The notes below the pieces were generated by a model. The model searched no databases. It saw nothing but the letters and a program-made list of their open reading frames with translations, and had not been told where the DNA came from. From the NCBI GenBank assembly GCA_964187785.1, contig OZ076410.1, positions 53,630,001 to 53,694,000 on the forward strand: a DNA stretch of 64,000 bases. Reading direction: 5' to 3'. Below, piece by piece: positions 1 through 11,097 of the stretch. Positions within the stretch are counted from its first letter, which is position 1, and every line of letters starts with the position of its first letter. The DNA comes from Amphiscolops sp. MND2022 (taxonomy: Eukaryota). The translations under genes and the position numbers were made by a program.

Positions 1-1133
1 CCTAGGGGGTTTTAATTGTGTACTCGGACACTCCTGAAACTGACTAAAAATCAATGTTTTCAACTTTTTCCTGTTACGAAAACGTACAAAACCTACTCAA
101 AGATTAATTTCTGTGCCATGGAAGGTGCCCCAAGCTCTTAGCAGCACGGAAGAGGCGATTGCAGTGCTATCCAGCATTCTTCCGGTAGCATTTCATAGTG
201 GTTTTTTGTCAATTTCGCCAAAAATCGGGATTTTTCATAAAAAATGCGTCCAAAAAAGGGACTCCAACGCCTTTTCTGGTGGACAATACTTTATGTAGCA
301 GTACTCTAGAGGTTTTGGGCTACTTTCCTTTATTTTTTTGCAACTGTTGTGGCTAATACCTAGAGCGCTCGCGCTCGTACCAAGAAAAACACTCAAAAAT
401 GCCAAAAATGACGTTTTTGCTACTTTTGCACCCAAAATTGGACTTTTCTCACTGAAAACGGCTGCAAAAGCACACATTAAGTTGCAACAAGGAAAAACTA
501 GCATGAAAAAACGACTCCCTATCAAAAAATGCACCATCGAAAATTTTTTTTATACCATACTCCGAAAAACTGATACTTCTGGAATGAGGGGTGGTACCTT
601 CGTCGTCTTTTTTCTCAACACCCAGACCAGCTAGAGAGAAACGGTTTGGATTGTCGGCAACATCAGCACTTGTTCTACCTTTCCGCCAAATCCCATCTTT
701 CTATGACGTCTGTAGGAGACATGAGAGAGGAGAGTCGGGAACACTCGTTTCAGCTCATCTATCAGTCGGATTGAACATGGTTCAACCATCAATTTCACCT
801 CTCGTACATAAGCGCAAATCACTGAAAACAGCTAGAAAAATCTGTTAAACACCAGCAGCGACGTGCTACTGTCCACTACGATTCTAAAAAGAGGACCCGC
901 TGATGGGAACCTTGCAATTTTAGACGATACCTGTCAACAAATACCGTTTACCAATATACCATCGGTATTTGGGAAAGTCACCTGAATAACATGAAGGAAA
1001 ACTCTGCGTTAACATCTAAAACCAGAGCCAGGTCGTACTTGGCGTCAATCACCAGAGGGTTGGCTCTTTTAAAACCATTAAGGGAAGCACTTCGAAGCGA
1101 TCCCTCTGTGGTCGCCAAAAAATGATGTCTCTA

Positions 1134-1899
1134 TGTAACGACAAGCTCTCACCATTGTCTCCGTAACCTTAAGAGTTAGAGGAACACATGATATGGGTAT
1201 TTGCCCGGGACAGGCGCCCATGACCATGAGCTCATTTTGCCTCTTTCGGGTAAAAAGTGTCCCGTCAGAGGAGGATTCCGCTTCTTGTGAAGTGCTCGCC
1301 GGCCTGATCCAGTCTTTAATTGCTGTCAGTAGCGCGAATTACGCTTTTTCTTCGAAACCATCACTTAGACAGCCTTTAAAAACGTTCCGAAAAGAAATTA
1401 TGTTAAATTTTCGTTATTCAGGGTGACTTGGGGAATAATATCTAAAATTACGAAATAAGATCTAAAATTGTCAAAGTAGCCACAAACTTACAACAATGTA
1501 CAGCAATCTCGTCCACAACAGCGATTTGGCGACATCCACATTCATTCAGCTCGCAAGCTGGGGCACCACAGGCACGGATTTGTGAATTACACGAAAAGAC
1601 TCATTTTTACGGTTTTCACTACTTAAAGTAGCATACTGCTGAAATCAAGGTTAGCACCTTCAAAAGAGTCTAATTTCAGAGGTTTTTGCAGTTTCTGGCG
1701 TCTGTTCGGGCGGCTGGCCTTATGTTTTTTCTCGATCTTCGCTCTTGTTGTCGAAGTACCTGCCAATTTCGTTGAAACAGCGAAAAGAGCAATCACATGC
1801 TTAGTGTCACGTCAAACATCGAATTAGAACTTTTCAGAAATTTCTGAACATGTTCAAATCCAAAGTTCCAATTTTGCTGTCTCAGAGGGTGCCGTTACA
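1134..1899 (-). mobile_element. Non-autonomous TIR element (~766 bp), older diverged copy, inverted relative to 3710-4482
   Basis: Ends TGTAACGACAAGCT (1134) and GCCGTTACA (1899). The interior is the reverse complement of 3710-4482, e.g. 1745-1810 vs 3805-3870. No clear TSD. Confidence 0.8.
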
Positions 1900-3667
1900 G
1901 CATCTAAAGTGAATACAATGTTCTTCTAATAGGCACTATGCAGTTAAGGTTCATTGCCCCATGATGATATGAAAAAACCCAATTGAAGGAAAAAAGTTGG
2001 AAGTTCATTCTGACGGTGGAATAGAAAAAAAATGAATTAAACTACTCACTGTTAAATTTGCATCTTTTTCTCCAACAGCGCTGATTAAATTAGAGCGATT
2101 GATGTTTTTTTTTAAATTTTAAACTCCTCTGCTTGAAAGATCCTCAGTGTCATGAACGATTTTAAAAGAACAGTAGCAAACATTTTTCGTCTTTTTTTGA
2201 AAACGAAGGAAAACAAAAATATTCGAATTAATTGCGGTGTTGTCAGAGTTGAAAATATTTTTCCAATGCAAAAAACCTGAGGCGAAAAAGTTCTGCCGCT
2301 GTTTGGTTGAGAAATTGTAAAAAAAAGAGAAATAGTATCAACGTTTTCAATTTTTTGTAGTTTGATTGATGGTTTCGGGAATGATCGTTGTAGACGCCGA
2401 GGTAATTTTTTCGCTGCATAACAAAAAGTACCTCCATAACGATATCTAATGTTGAAACGGGAGTTAGATCAGATATAAAACGCCAAACGGACGTCTCCTG
2501 ATACAAACAGGAAGATGCTACTTTGCTGCTTTTAGGAAACTAATGAGAATTCACTTGAGATGGAACGATTCAAACGGGATGTATCAATTGATAATGAAGA
2601 AGATTCCCGTAATTTGATTCCCTTGATTGAATTCCACCAACCCATTGCAATTAAGTCTGAGATTTCTGACGTCGAGGCGTTAGACAGACGCAATTATACC
2701 TAAGTATCATTCACCTCAGCTTAATTTAGTGAAGTGCCGAGGCTTGAAATCGTGTTTTAGTTCACTTCGAGATTTCGATTCATTTTGTCTTCCTTGTAAT
2801 AAGATTGAAAGCGCTGAAAAGGTTGAAAAAATAGTGAATATGCATTGAACATTCCCTCATGCAGACATCGTCGTGACACACACAGACACAGAAAATAGAA
2901 ACCATATTCACCCAATATACCTCTCTTCGCCTAGGATGATCAAAACTTTGTGTGAAAAGCGATTCTTTTCACCGAAATTTGGATTTCGGGAATTTTTTCA
3001 CTCAAAGGAAGCATCAATATTAAGGGTGCTTCAGCTGAAGGCAAAACAATGTGAAAACACTGGAACATTGAATCAAACACAAATTCGTCTCGATGAATAG
3101 TTGATGTTGCGCTTGACATGATACTTCTTAGGTAATAACTTCATAGGAAACTATAAATTTCGCTATATTTTGAAGAAATTCAATCAGCACAATTTCATTT
3201 CATCGACCGGCTTTTTATCTTGTAACAAAAATGTCGTCAAGAGGAGAAAACTCGCAATTCCGATCATTTCTGATGAAAAAAAGAAAGCTAATTGATCAAA
3301 ATTACGATCAAAGGGATTCATAATTCATAGACTGCATAAAAAATTTTATAGTAAGCTTGCGCAGTGAAAAACTTCCAAAGACTTGATTAACTTCACGAGG
3401 AGTGAAAAAGTTTTTCATTTACCATCATAAACAATGACTGAGAAAACTAATGGGTATAAAGGAAAATGCGCAAACATTTGGAATCCTACAAAAGCATGGC
3501 ATTTAAATTTGATTAAATAGTCCCGACATGTAGTCATGCGCATGACTTGGTTAAGACTATTTAAGCAATTCAAATGCTATATGCCTGTTAGGATTCACGA
3601 AATTTGAAAAACCTTCGGCCATTTTCTTTCAACATTCATGTAAAAATAACATTTTAACGTTCTTAAT

Positions 3668-4641
3668 TGTAGTTCATATGTTGTATTCTGTATTATTATG
3701 TGAAGAGGATGTAACGGCAAGCTCTGGTACAGCAATATCAACCGATTTTGCAACTTTGACATGTTCAGAAATTTTGTCAAAAATTCTAATCCGATGTGTG
3801 ACGTGGCACTGAGCATGTGATTGCTCTTTTCGCTGTTTCAACGAAATTGGCAGGTACTTCGACAACAAAGAGCAAGAACGAGCAAAAACACGGGCGCGCC
3901 GCCATGGCAGAAGCCAGAGACGGCAAGAACATCCGAAAATAGACTCTTTTTGAGGTGCTAACCCAGGGTTTATCGATTTTCAGCATTATGCTACCCTATG
4001 TAGCGGAAACCGTAAAAATGAGTCTTTTCGCCTAAAGATTGTTGTTTGGTGCTTGGAGCCCCTGCGCCCCAGCTTTTTAGCTGTGTGGTTTGCCATATTC
4101 GTGCCTGTTTTCATGTATTTTCAGTGATTTTGGCTGTATTCAGTAGCGCTAGCGCTAGTTTAGATCTTATTCCCCAATTTTAGATCTTATTCACATGTCA
4201 CTCTGGAACTGGAAATTTACCTTATTCTTGGCATTGTTTTTATATGCTAGTTAAGCGGTGGTCTTTAGAGAGTCAGAAAGATGCCCGTTACTATTAGCAA
4301 TCAAAGACTAGGACCGGTTGGACAGTATTCGTCGAAGCACCCGCGGCCCCGGGACGTATTTCACCCCTGGAGGCAAAATGGATCTGTGGCGATGGGCGCC
4401 TGTCCCGAGCGAATCACCCATTCCTGCAGGTTCCTCCACCTCTGTTAACGTGTTAAGCGACCGATAACAGCTTGCCGTTACAGGACGTCAATCATCAAAC
4501 TGAATTGTTCTCTGTCTTCTTTCAATATGAATAAGCTCACGCTTCTTCTGCACTTATTTGGCAGGTACTAATATAATAACATAAATACAAACAATACAAA
4601 TGCAGACTAATTAATTTAGGCACTCTGAGTTCTCTACTACA
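3668..4641 (-). repeat. 3' LTR of Gypsy-1 (~200 bp once the MITE is removed)
   Basis: TGTAGT...ACTACA inverted termini (TG...CA). Matches 9387-9532 once 3710-4485 is excised. Confidence 0.75.
3710..4482 (+). mobile_element. 773-bp non-autonomous TIR element inserted in the LTR
   Basis: Perfect 14-bp TIRs TGTAACGGCAAGCT / AGCTTGCCGTTACA. GGA is duplicated on both sides. The empty site GAAGAGGACGTC is visible in the sister LTR at ~9421. Confidence 0.9.
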
Positions 4642-4654
4642 CTCCCTCATCCAC
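4642..4654 (-). promoter_or_regulatory. Polypurine tract of Gypsy-1
   Basis: Minus strand reads GTGGATGAGGGAG immediately before the LTR start TGTAGTAG. Confidence 0.6.
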
Positions 4655-5499
4655 TATTGGCTGCTGATCGACCAATGGGACTATGTTGAGTTCCTTTGCA
4701 GCTCTTGTTCCTCCACTGTTCCATTGTTTGGAGGACGGGTAACAGTTTATCGTCTTTGTAGTTGTCACGGTATCTATTAGGCCGTAACGTCTGATTAATG
4801 TTTGTTGGTCGGTCTATGGTGGGTTGCTGCCTTCTATCTCCGGCTTTTTATCCAGTTGAACGAGTGTGGCTTCTGCGTTCAGCCTTCTTACGGTGTTTCC
4901 TGCAGTCATGACATTCTGGGTTATTTGATCTCACAATCGGATTAGTTCTTGTCAGTCTTTTTGATCTGCGTTCAGTTTTTGTTCTTAACGTTGAAGGTTA
5001 GTTTCTAGTTCAGTACTTGAGCTCAGGTTGCTTGCTAGTTCTAGTTCGAAGGGTTTCTAGGCTCCTTCCTTTCCCTGTGTTGGGATGTGAAGTAGGACGT
5101 TTGAATACCGTACTGCTTTGGTTTTTCGTCAACGCCTTTAGCGTCGTCTATATCACGGTCGATCTACGTGTCTGTCAAATGGGCGGTAACAATCGTTACC
5201 GGGCCAGTGCTGTCGTCTAACACTGGTGTTTTCCCCGGTGAACTTAGAGGAGAGTTTGAACTGAGCCGGTCTCTTATCAGATCAGAAGGGTCTGGTTTCT
5301 GGCGATTTACCTGAATTTACACGAAAACGACCCGATATTAAACAATTTATATAAATTAGTTCAAATATTACCTATGCGTGAATTTTGTTAACCCTAATTT
5401 AGGTGAAATTTCCTATTAACAAATGTTATCAAATTGTCATTTTGAACCTAGTCATTCTTCATCTAACGATTGTTTGTAAAAGATGTAATTGTTTCTTTT

Positions 5500-6110
5500 T
5501 CAGATTGTCGAGTATGGTAGAAACTAAAAGTGTGCCGGCTGCAACGATACGCAAACCTCACAACACCTGCTTCAAGTCACAGCAAGCGGAAAAGATGTTT
5601 TGCAAGCTATGGTTTTGTTCATTCAACGTGGAGCAAAAGAGCCAGTTGGATCAAAACGTCAAATGCAAGGAGCACCACACGAAAATATTTAACCAATCGC
5701 ACTCCCAATCTACAACATCAGCTGCTTTAGCGGATGGATAGTTCGTACATACAGAAACCATGCGTGCTACTTTTATGAGAAAAATGTTCAGAAAACTCGA
5801 CATACAATTGGAAAGACGGGTGTTTACTTCATAGTTGATGAAACAACGGATAGAAAGCAACGATAGGTTTTCAATATCGTAGTTGGTAAACGAGATGGAA
5901 ACGCCCCTGCAAAAGGTATGTTAGTGAATGCTACTTGTGAAAATCTTCTTTGCGACATTCAAAATGTCCTAAATCTTTTACAGAAAGATGTTCTTAAAAC
6001 GCATTCCATACTAGAAAGAAACAGTGGATTTCTTACGATGGCCTCAATTGCCTGCAGATGTCTTGAACATGCAATTATTGCCCCGGGAATTATCAAATTT
6101 TAATTGTGTT
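5500..6110 (+). pseudogene. hAT-superfamily transposase remnant (CGGBP1/BED-like N-terminus)
   Basis: FCKLW...VKCKEH zinc-finger-like segment, VYFIVDETTDRKQR*VFNIVVG (first catalytic Asp motif, with a stop) and IACRCLEHA (CxxH-like). Broken frames. Confidence 0.55.
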
Positions 6111-6399
6111 CCAATAACAAGTGGGAGGTTGAACAAAGTTTTTCGAAACAACAGTGTGTTTTGAAGAGAGAAAAACAAACATGGACTTTTCATAATTGCA
6201 AAAAAAAGTCATTGACTGGTAAAAATTTTTGATATTGTTTTAGCCATAATTACCTTACAGCACTTAGATCTACCTGAATGGATCAAACTATTTACCTTAC
6301 AAGCCAGACCCTGATTTTCAGTTTCGGTCTGACTCAACCGAATGTGCTCTTTTTGATTTGACCGTTCTACTGTTTGCTTGCTCCGGAGTTCTCGACCTT

Positions 6400-7480
6400 T
6401 CTTGTCCCATCAGTGGTGTGACTGGTTCGTTTTTCGAATCAAACGTGATTGTCTTCTTTTGTTTCATTGGTGATTTTGTATATCACCTGTCTGGTCCCCT
6501 AGCTAAAATCAGCAAATTGTTCACAAACTCCCTTCTTATGTATTATCTTTCCGTTTGGAGTGGTAACCGCATGGTTTGAGCCCGAGCAGGCTTATTTGTG
6601 GTTATCGAAACATGCGCCGTTCGAATATAGGTTTTTGGTGTTTTTTCAAAGAGTGAAAAGCGTATTTACTAACATTGTTGGTAATTTTCTTTGTATTTTT
6701 GAACAATTGGTCAGACACACCGCCAGCTCCACTGAAGGAGTATATCTGTAAGGTGTCGGGTTTCGCTGAAACAGAGTGTTTTGTTAAATTTCCCAACATA
6801 TCTAGCTTCAACAGGTTGCTTCTCTGTTGTATTGGGTTTTCGTCCATTATTGGAAATCAAATGTTGATTTTCTAGCCTCATATGTAGTGTTTTTTTCATC
6901 ACTTCCGAGAAAAAGACCAATGCGGCACCTTATGTTTGCCTGCTCTGATATTGTTTGGAAATTTCTATCAAGGTTCTAACTCCTCGTTCTACCAGGCCTG
7001 TGATAGTTTGTCTATACGGTGTCCGGTATATTATTTCGATATAGTGTTTTTCAAGAAAATAATGCGAAAAAGCTGCCCGTAAATGCAGTAGTTTTGTTTG
7101 CTCTGGTTGTTTCCGGTATCATTCAGTTGAACATAGTGTTCGAGAAACCTTACAGCCGTTTCTCCGTCCGTAGATTTGCCAAATGTTCGATGCGCATTCA
7201 AAAAAATAAAATTGGTGATGGTTTCCTGTTATTGGTTTGATGAAATCCAATAGGATATTTTCATTTGGACCGTTCAATAGCGGTGGCTTAATATTTTCTG
7301 TGCTTGGTAGGTTAGATTTATCCTTTTTACGGACGTTTTGCAAGGGGTGCATGTCTCGCATTTGTTTTGAATTGCATCTGCCTTCTTTGGTCACCAAAAT
7401 TGACGTACTGCGTGTAAATCTTTTTTGTTTTCTACGTAGTGTGTGGAAATCTTGCGGCAAAACCTTCATGTAAGAGGCTG
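6400..7480 (-). pseudogene. Gypsy-1 integrase remnant
   Basis: Fragments across shifting frames: NENILLDFIKPIT, STDGETAVRFLEHYVQLN, TPYRQTITGLVERGVRTL, GRKPNT. Confidence 0.75.
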
Positions 7481-8479
7481 ATGACTGTGGTTCGAAGATC
7501 TTCGGGACAATATTTTGTCTTCTAGGAAGATCAGGCCGAACCTGCTGGATAGTTTCTTCTTGTGTGCTTGATTTTCCGCCGGTATCATGTCGTGCTCTTG
7601 TCGTTCTAGGCCTACCAGGGTCTTCAGCAGAATGGGAACGTTCGTGGTTTGTCCTTACCGGCTGTAATTGCGTATAAAATTTCTTTTCGGTTTCTCCTAC
7701 GCTTGTTCTAACATCCAGTTGTTGTCGTCTTCCGCCAGTATTCCCAGTGCCCAGGGTCCCATTTCGACATGCTGGACTGTTTTGAAGCCAACGTATCTTG
7801 CCCCGTTGGTTGCTGGAACTTCTAAGACTGACGGATCTTGGTCTGTTTTGGAGTTAATTGGTCGTTCTTCCGTAGGGATCAGTATATCACGGTCCTGGCT
7901 AGTCGAGGCAGTTCTTGGGCCCGGTCTATTGTTACACTGGCTTGATTGTGGCGGTGTTGGCTGATCCAGTTTCCAGGATGGATCAACAGTTTTTTGCTCC
8001 TTGGTCTTGTTTGGTGTTGAAACACACCTCTATGCTGTGGGCCATTTCGTTGGCGTAAAGCTCCTTAATCGAGATTTTTGATGATCTGCTGTAATCGTTC
8101 ATCGAAGACTTTTCTCTTGTTACTTAGGAGCTTGGGCTCGTGATATCGCTTTCATCATCGCCTGGCCATTCGGTAAATACCGGGCTTGACATTTCTCTCC
8201 ATCTTCCAAAGCACCTCAGGGTTGTCAATTGATCTTGCATCCATTGATATGTTATGGTTTTTCGAATTGCTGATTTGGATTGAATTTACGCGTGTGTGTG
8301 CTTGTTATAAAATGGCGGTTTGTTCACACGCGTGTTTTGACTGTAGTTTGGTGTTTACTATGCGTTCGCTTCCGTTCGTTTCGCTTTCTGATTGGTCGGT
8401 GTGATTGCTAAGGCAACCGTGTTTGTAAATGAAATAGAAATATAATTGCGGCAAAAATTTTATTGATGACTTTTTCTAC

Positions 8480-8880
8480 GATGTACACGTCTTTTGCTTG
8501 TAGCTGCGTCGTCGAATTTCTACTCACGTAAACCGTGAGTGCCTAATGTTTACCGGCTACATGGTTTGGGTTAATAGAGAATTGTGCTAATCGGTCCAAC
8601 ATTTTCGTTAACTGTGCGCTGTACGTTTTCCTAAAGCGGCTCCGTTTAATCAACGGCTCTAATGTTTGATGGTCCGTTTTTATTTTTATAGGATTACAGT
8701 AGGTGATTTAACGAAATGTACTAAGCCCGTACTATGGCTAGCAGTTCCAGTTGATTATTGCATATTTTGTTTCAATCTCTGACAATAAAACGCTTACAAC
8801 TCCTACTGGGTTTTTCTTTCCGTCAGACTATTTTGCCAAAGATCTGAATCGTAGCCTTTTGTTTTTGTTTTAGTTGTTAG
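8480..8880 (-). pseudogene. Gypsy-1 RNase H remnant
   Basis: LWQ...KNPVG...ETKYAI; PIKIKTDHQTLEPLIKR...LDRLAQF...HVAGKH*ALT. Confidence 0.7.
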
Positions 8881-8889
8881 GACGTTCGG

Positions 8890-9330
8890 ATAATTTGAGT
8901 TGTAGTAGGCCAGTGGGTATTTCCGTGATTTTTTTGGTTGAGGTTTCCAATTGCTCTGCTATGTTGTACATTTCTTTCTGGCGTGATATGCAGCCGATAT
9001 ATTGTGAATAAGTTTTATAGTGGTAGTGAAGTCAGTTCTCATCCCCCTGAAAGGTTCCGTCATCTCTGTCATAGCGTTTTGTCCAATCGCCCATACAAAT
9101 ATGCCCTTTAATCTCCTGTTGATCACGGTTTTGTGGCAGTGTTTCCTAGCTGTTTGTACTGTACAATCTTCCGCCATGACATGTTTGCATCAGTTTGATC
9201 CTGTTTTCCATAGCGTTGGAATGGCAAGTTTCTGGGTCCTATTTAGTGTATCATTGGGTAGCAGTTGTCCACTTCAACGTGGTTCCGTCGCCGTCTTTGT
9301 TCGGCTGTTGCTCCGCTCTTTGGGGTTGTT
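8890..9330 (-). pseudogene. Gypsy-1 gag remnant
   Basis: Fragments FVWAIGQNAMTEMT and PERNVQHSRA lie between the 5' LTR and RNase H. Confidence 0.45.
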
Positions 9331-9386
9331 TCGGTATTTCCTTGCCCATCTTTCAACATTCATGTATGATAATTATTATTCCTAAT

Positions 9387-9532
9387 TGTAGTTCAAATGG
9401 TGTTTTCTGTACTCTTATGTGAAGAGGACGTCAATCATCAATTTGAATTGTTCTCTATCTTCTTTCAATATGAATAAGCTCACGCTTCTTCTTGCATTTA
9501 TTTGGCAGGTACTAATAAAATAACATAAATAC
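9387..9532 (-). repeat. 5' LTR of Gypsy-1 (truncated by the gap)
   Basis: Starts TGTAGTTC. Near-identical to 3668-3709 + 4486-4590. Confidence 0.75.
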
Positions 9533-9732
9533 NNNNNNNNNNNNNNNNNNNNNNNNNNNNNNNNNNNNNNNNNNNNNNNNNNNNNNNNNNNNNNNNNNNN
9601 NNNNNNNNNNNNNNNNNNNNNNNNNNNNNNNNNNNNNNNNNNNNNNNNNNNNNNNNNNNNNNNNNNNNNNNNNNNNNNNNNNNNNNNNNNNNNNNNNNNN
9701 NNNNNNNNNNNNNNNNNNNNNNNNNNNNNNNN
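9533..9732. other. Assembly gap (200 N)
   Basis: Run of N bases. Confidence 1.
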
Positions 9733-10171
9733 AACTAAGCACTTGCCATATTCCGCACAGGAAAGAAAAGTTAATTTCTCAGACGCGAAATCCTTTCTGT
9801 TTTTGCCATCTTCCAAACTGTTTTCAAAAAAATTCAGAACTCAACGACAAAAAATGAGGTTCGTAACACTTGTATTTGTGGAGATATTTGAAAAAAGTGC
9901 CTGAATTGAAGAAGCTGCAAATTGTCCCAAATACAGCGAAAGTTCCAAAATTTTTGTTTGTTTGACTTAAGTTTTAAATTCGTTTATGCAAGTTTTGTAT
10001 AATATTTTAAAGTCTTCGTGGGTATGAAAATCCTCATAGTTGAATAAGATAAGCTACTTGGCATATTTTTATATAAAACTTCGAAGTTCTTTCATTAAAG
10101 AAAGCGCCTAACTTCAGTGAAAAACCTTGAAATTTTTAAAAGTGTTCGATCTTTTTAACTTTTTGTGCGTA

Positions 10172-10596
10172 CCGTATATTCCGGCGTATAAGCCCCCCCC
10201 CCCCCCTTCGTATGAGCCCCTTCCCCAGATTTGAAAGGGTAATTGTTGATTTACGGTATGTTCGTCATATAAGCCCCCTGTGTACATATTCCCCTCTAAA
10301 TCAAGAAAAATAAAAGAAAATAAAAGTTTAATAAGTGTGAATTGGATGAATTTTCGAGGTATAAATTCAATTTTCCATTCTCAGGCACTAAAATTGGAGT
10401 CATTTCCTCTAGCTCTGAAACTTTTTCGGAAAGAAAATCAACTGCAACATCATCCAACTCATCATAGGGGTGAATGCCAAAATTTAGATTCTGAAAAAAA
10501 AACGGTCTTCGTTTTATGTTCGTCGTATAAGCCCCCTCCCCAAACTTTTGACCACCAAAAATTCAAAAAAGGGGGCTTATACGCCGGAATATACGG
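10172..10596. mobile_element. Tc1/mariner-superfamily (Tc2/pogo-type) MITE, 425 bp
   Basis: Perfect 26-bp TIRs CCGTATATTCCGGCGTATAAGCCCCC, TA duplication (10170-10171 and 10597-10598) and internal repeats of TATAAGCCCC. Confidence 0.9.
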
Positions 10597-10777
10597 TACT
10601 CTGCAGTGTATTGGTTACGCTTATATTGTCGCTGAAATAAGATCACAAAATGAAGTCGCGAAAAGATTTCTTGAGAAATCATTTCAAAAGCTATTAATTA
10701 CTTCAAATTTCGTTTCTGAAACCTGTGTGTGTGGGGGGGGTTGAGGTTAGGAAATAGTTCTCTCATTCTCACATTCA

Positions 10778-11097
10778 TCAGCAACAGAGGAAGTTGAGTT
10801 TTCTTCGAATTGCCGTCTTGGTGTATTCAACAAACTTGTAACTGTTTTCCCGGAACTGCTGACTGAGAATGGAGTAGATGAAGGGCATCAGGAGAAAATT
10901 GAGGTTGTAGAAAAGTTGCAAATACTTGACGGATAGAATTGACAGGGGGTCATTGGTCAGAATTTCGGGCTTCAGACTCACTAACAATGTCAAAGTTCCA
11001 TTAGGTAGGAAGCATACCATGTATACTGCTGTCAGAATGACCGAAATCAGAGCTGATCGATTCCTCATCGCTTCCATTTCAGTGCGGTTGCGAACTC
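10778..11097 (-). CDS. Class A (rhodopsin-like) orphan GPCR, exon 2 (TM6, TM7, helix 8)
   Basis: AVYMVCFLPN (CWxP-like) and LNFLLMPFIYSILSQQFR (NPxxY-like plus helix 8). Acceptor TTTTTTGGTCACAG|GA, phase 1. Confidence 0.85.

Larger units (their letters stand above)
3668..9532 (-). mobile_element. Decayed, internally deleted Ty3/Gypsy LTR retrotransposon (Gypsy-1); right LTR runs into the N gap
   Basis: Direct repeats at 3668-3709 + 4483-4590 and 9387-9532. PPT next to the left LTR. Remnant gag, RNase H and integrase motifs on the minus strand; no PR or RT recognisable. Confidence 0.8.

Noticed and set aside
1-1130. Transposon or gene at the window start
   Set aside because: Repeat-like composition, but no termini, TSD or protein motif could be supported.
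2243-2720. Non-LTR APE endonuclease remnant (LNCNGL-like word)
   Set aside because: Only one weak motif; no GDFN or SDH motifs found.
9415-9816. ORFs 9415-9816 and 9512-9742
   Set aside because: Artefacts of reading through the 200-N gap.
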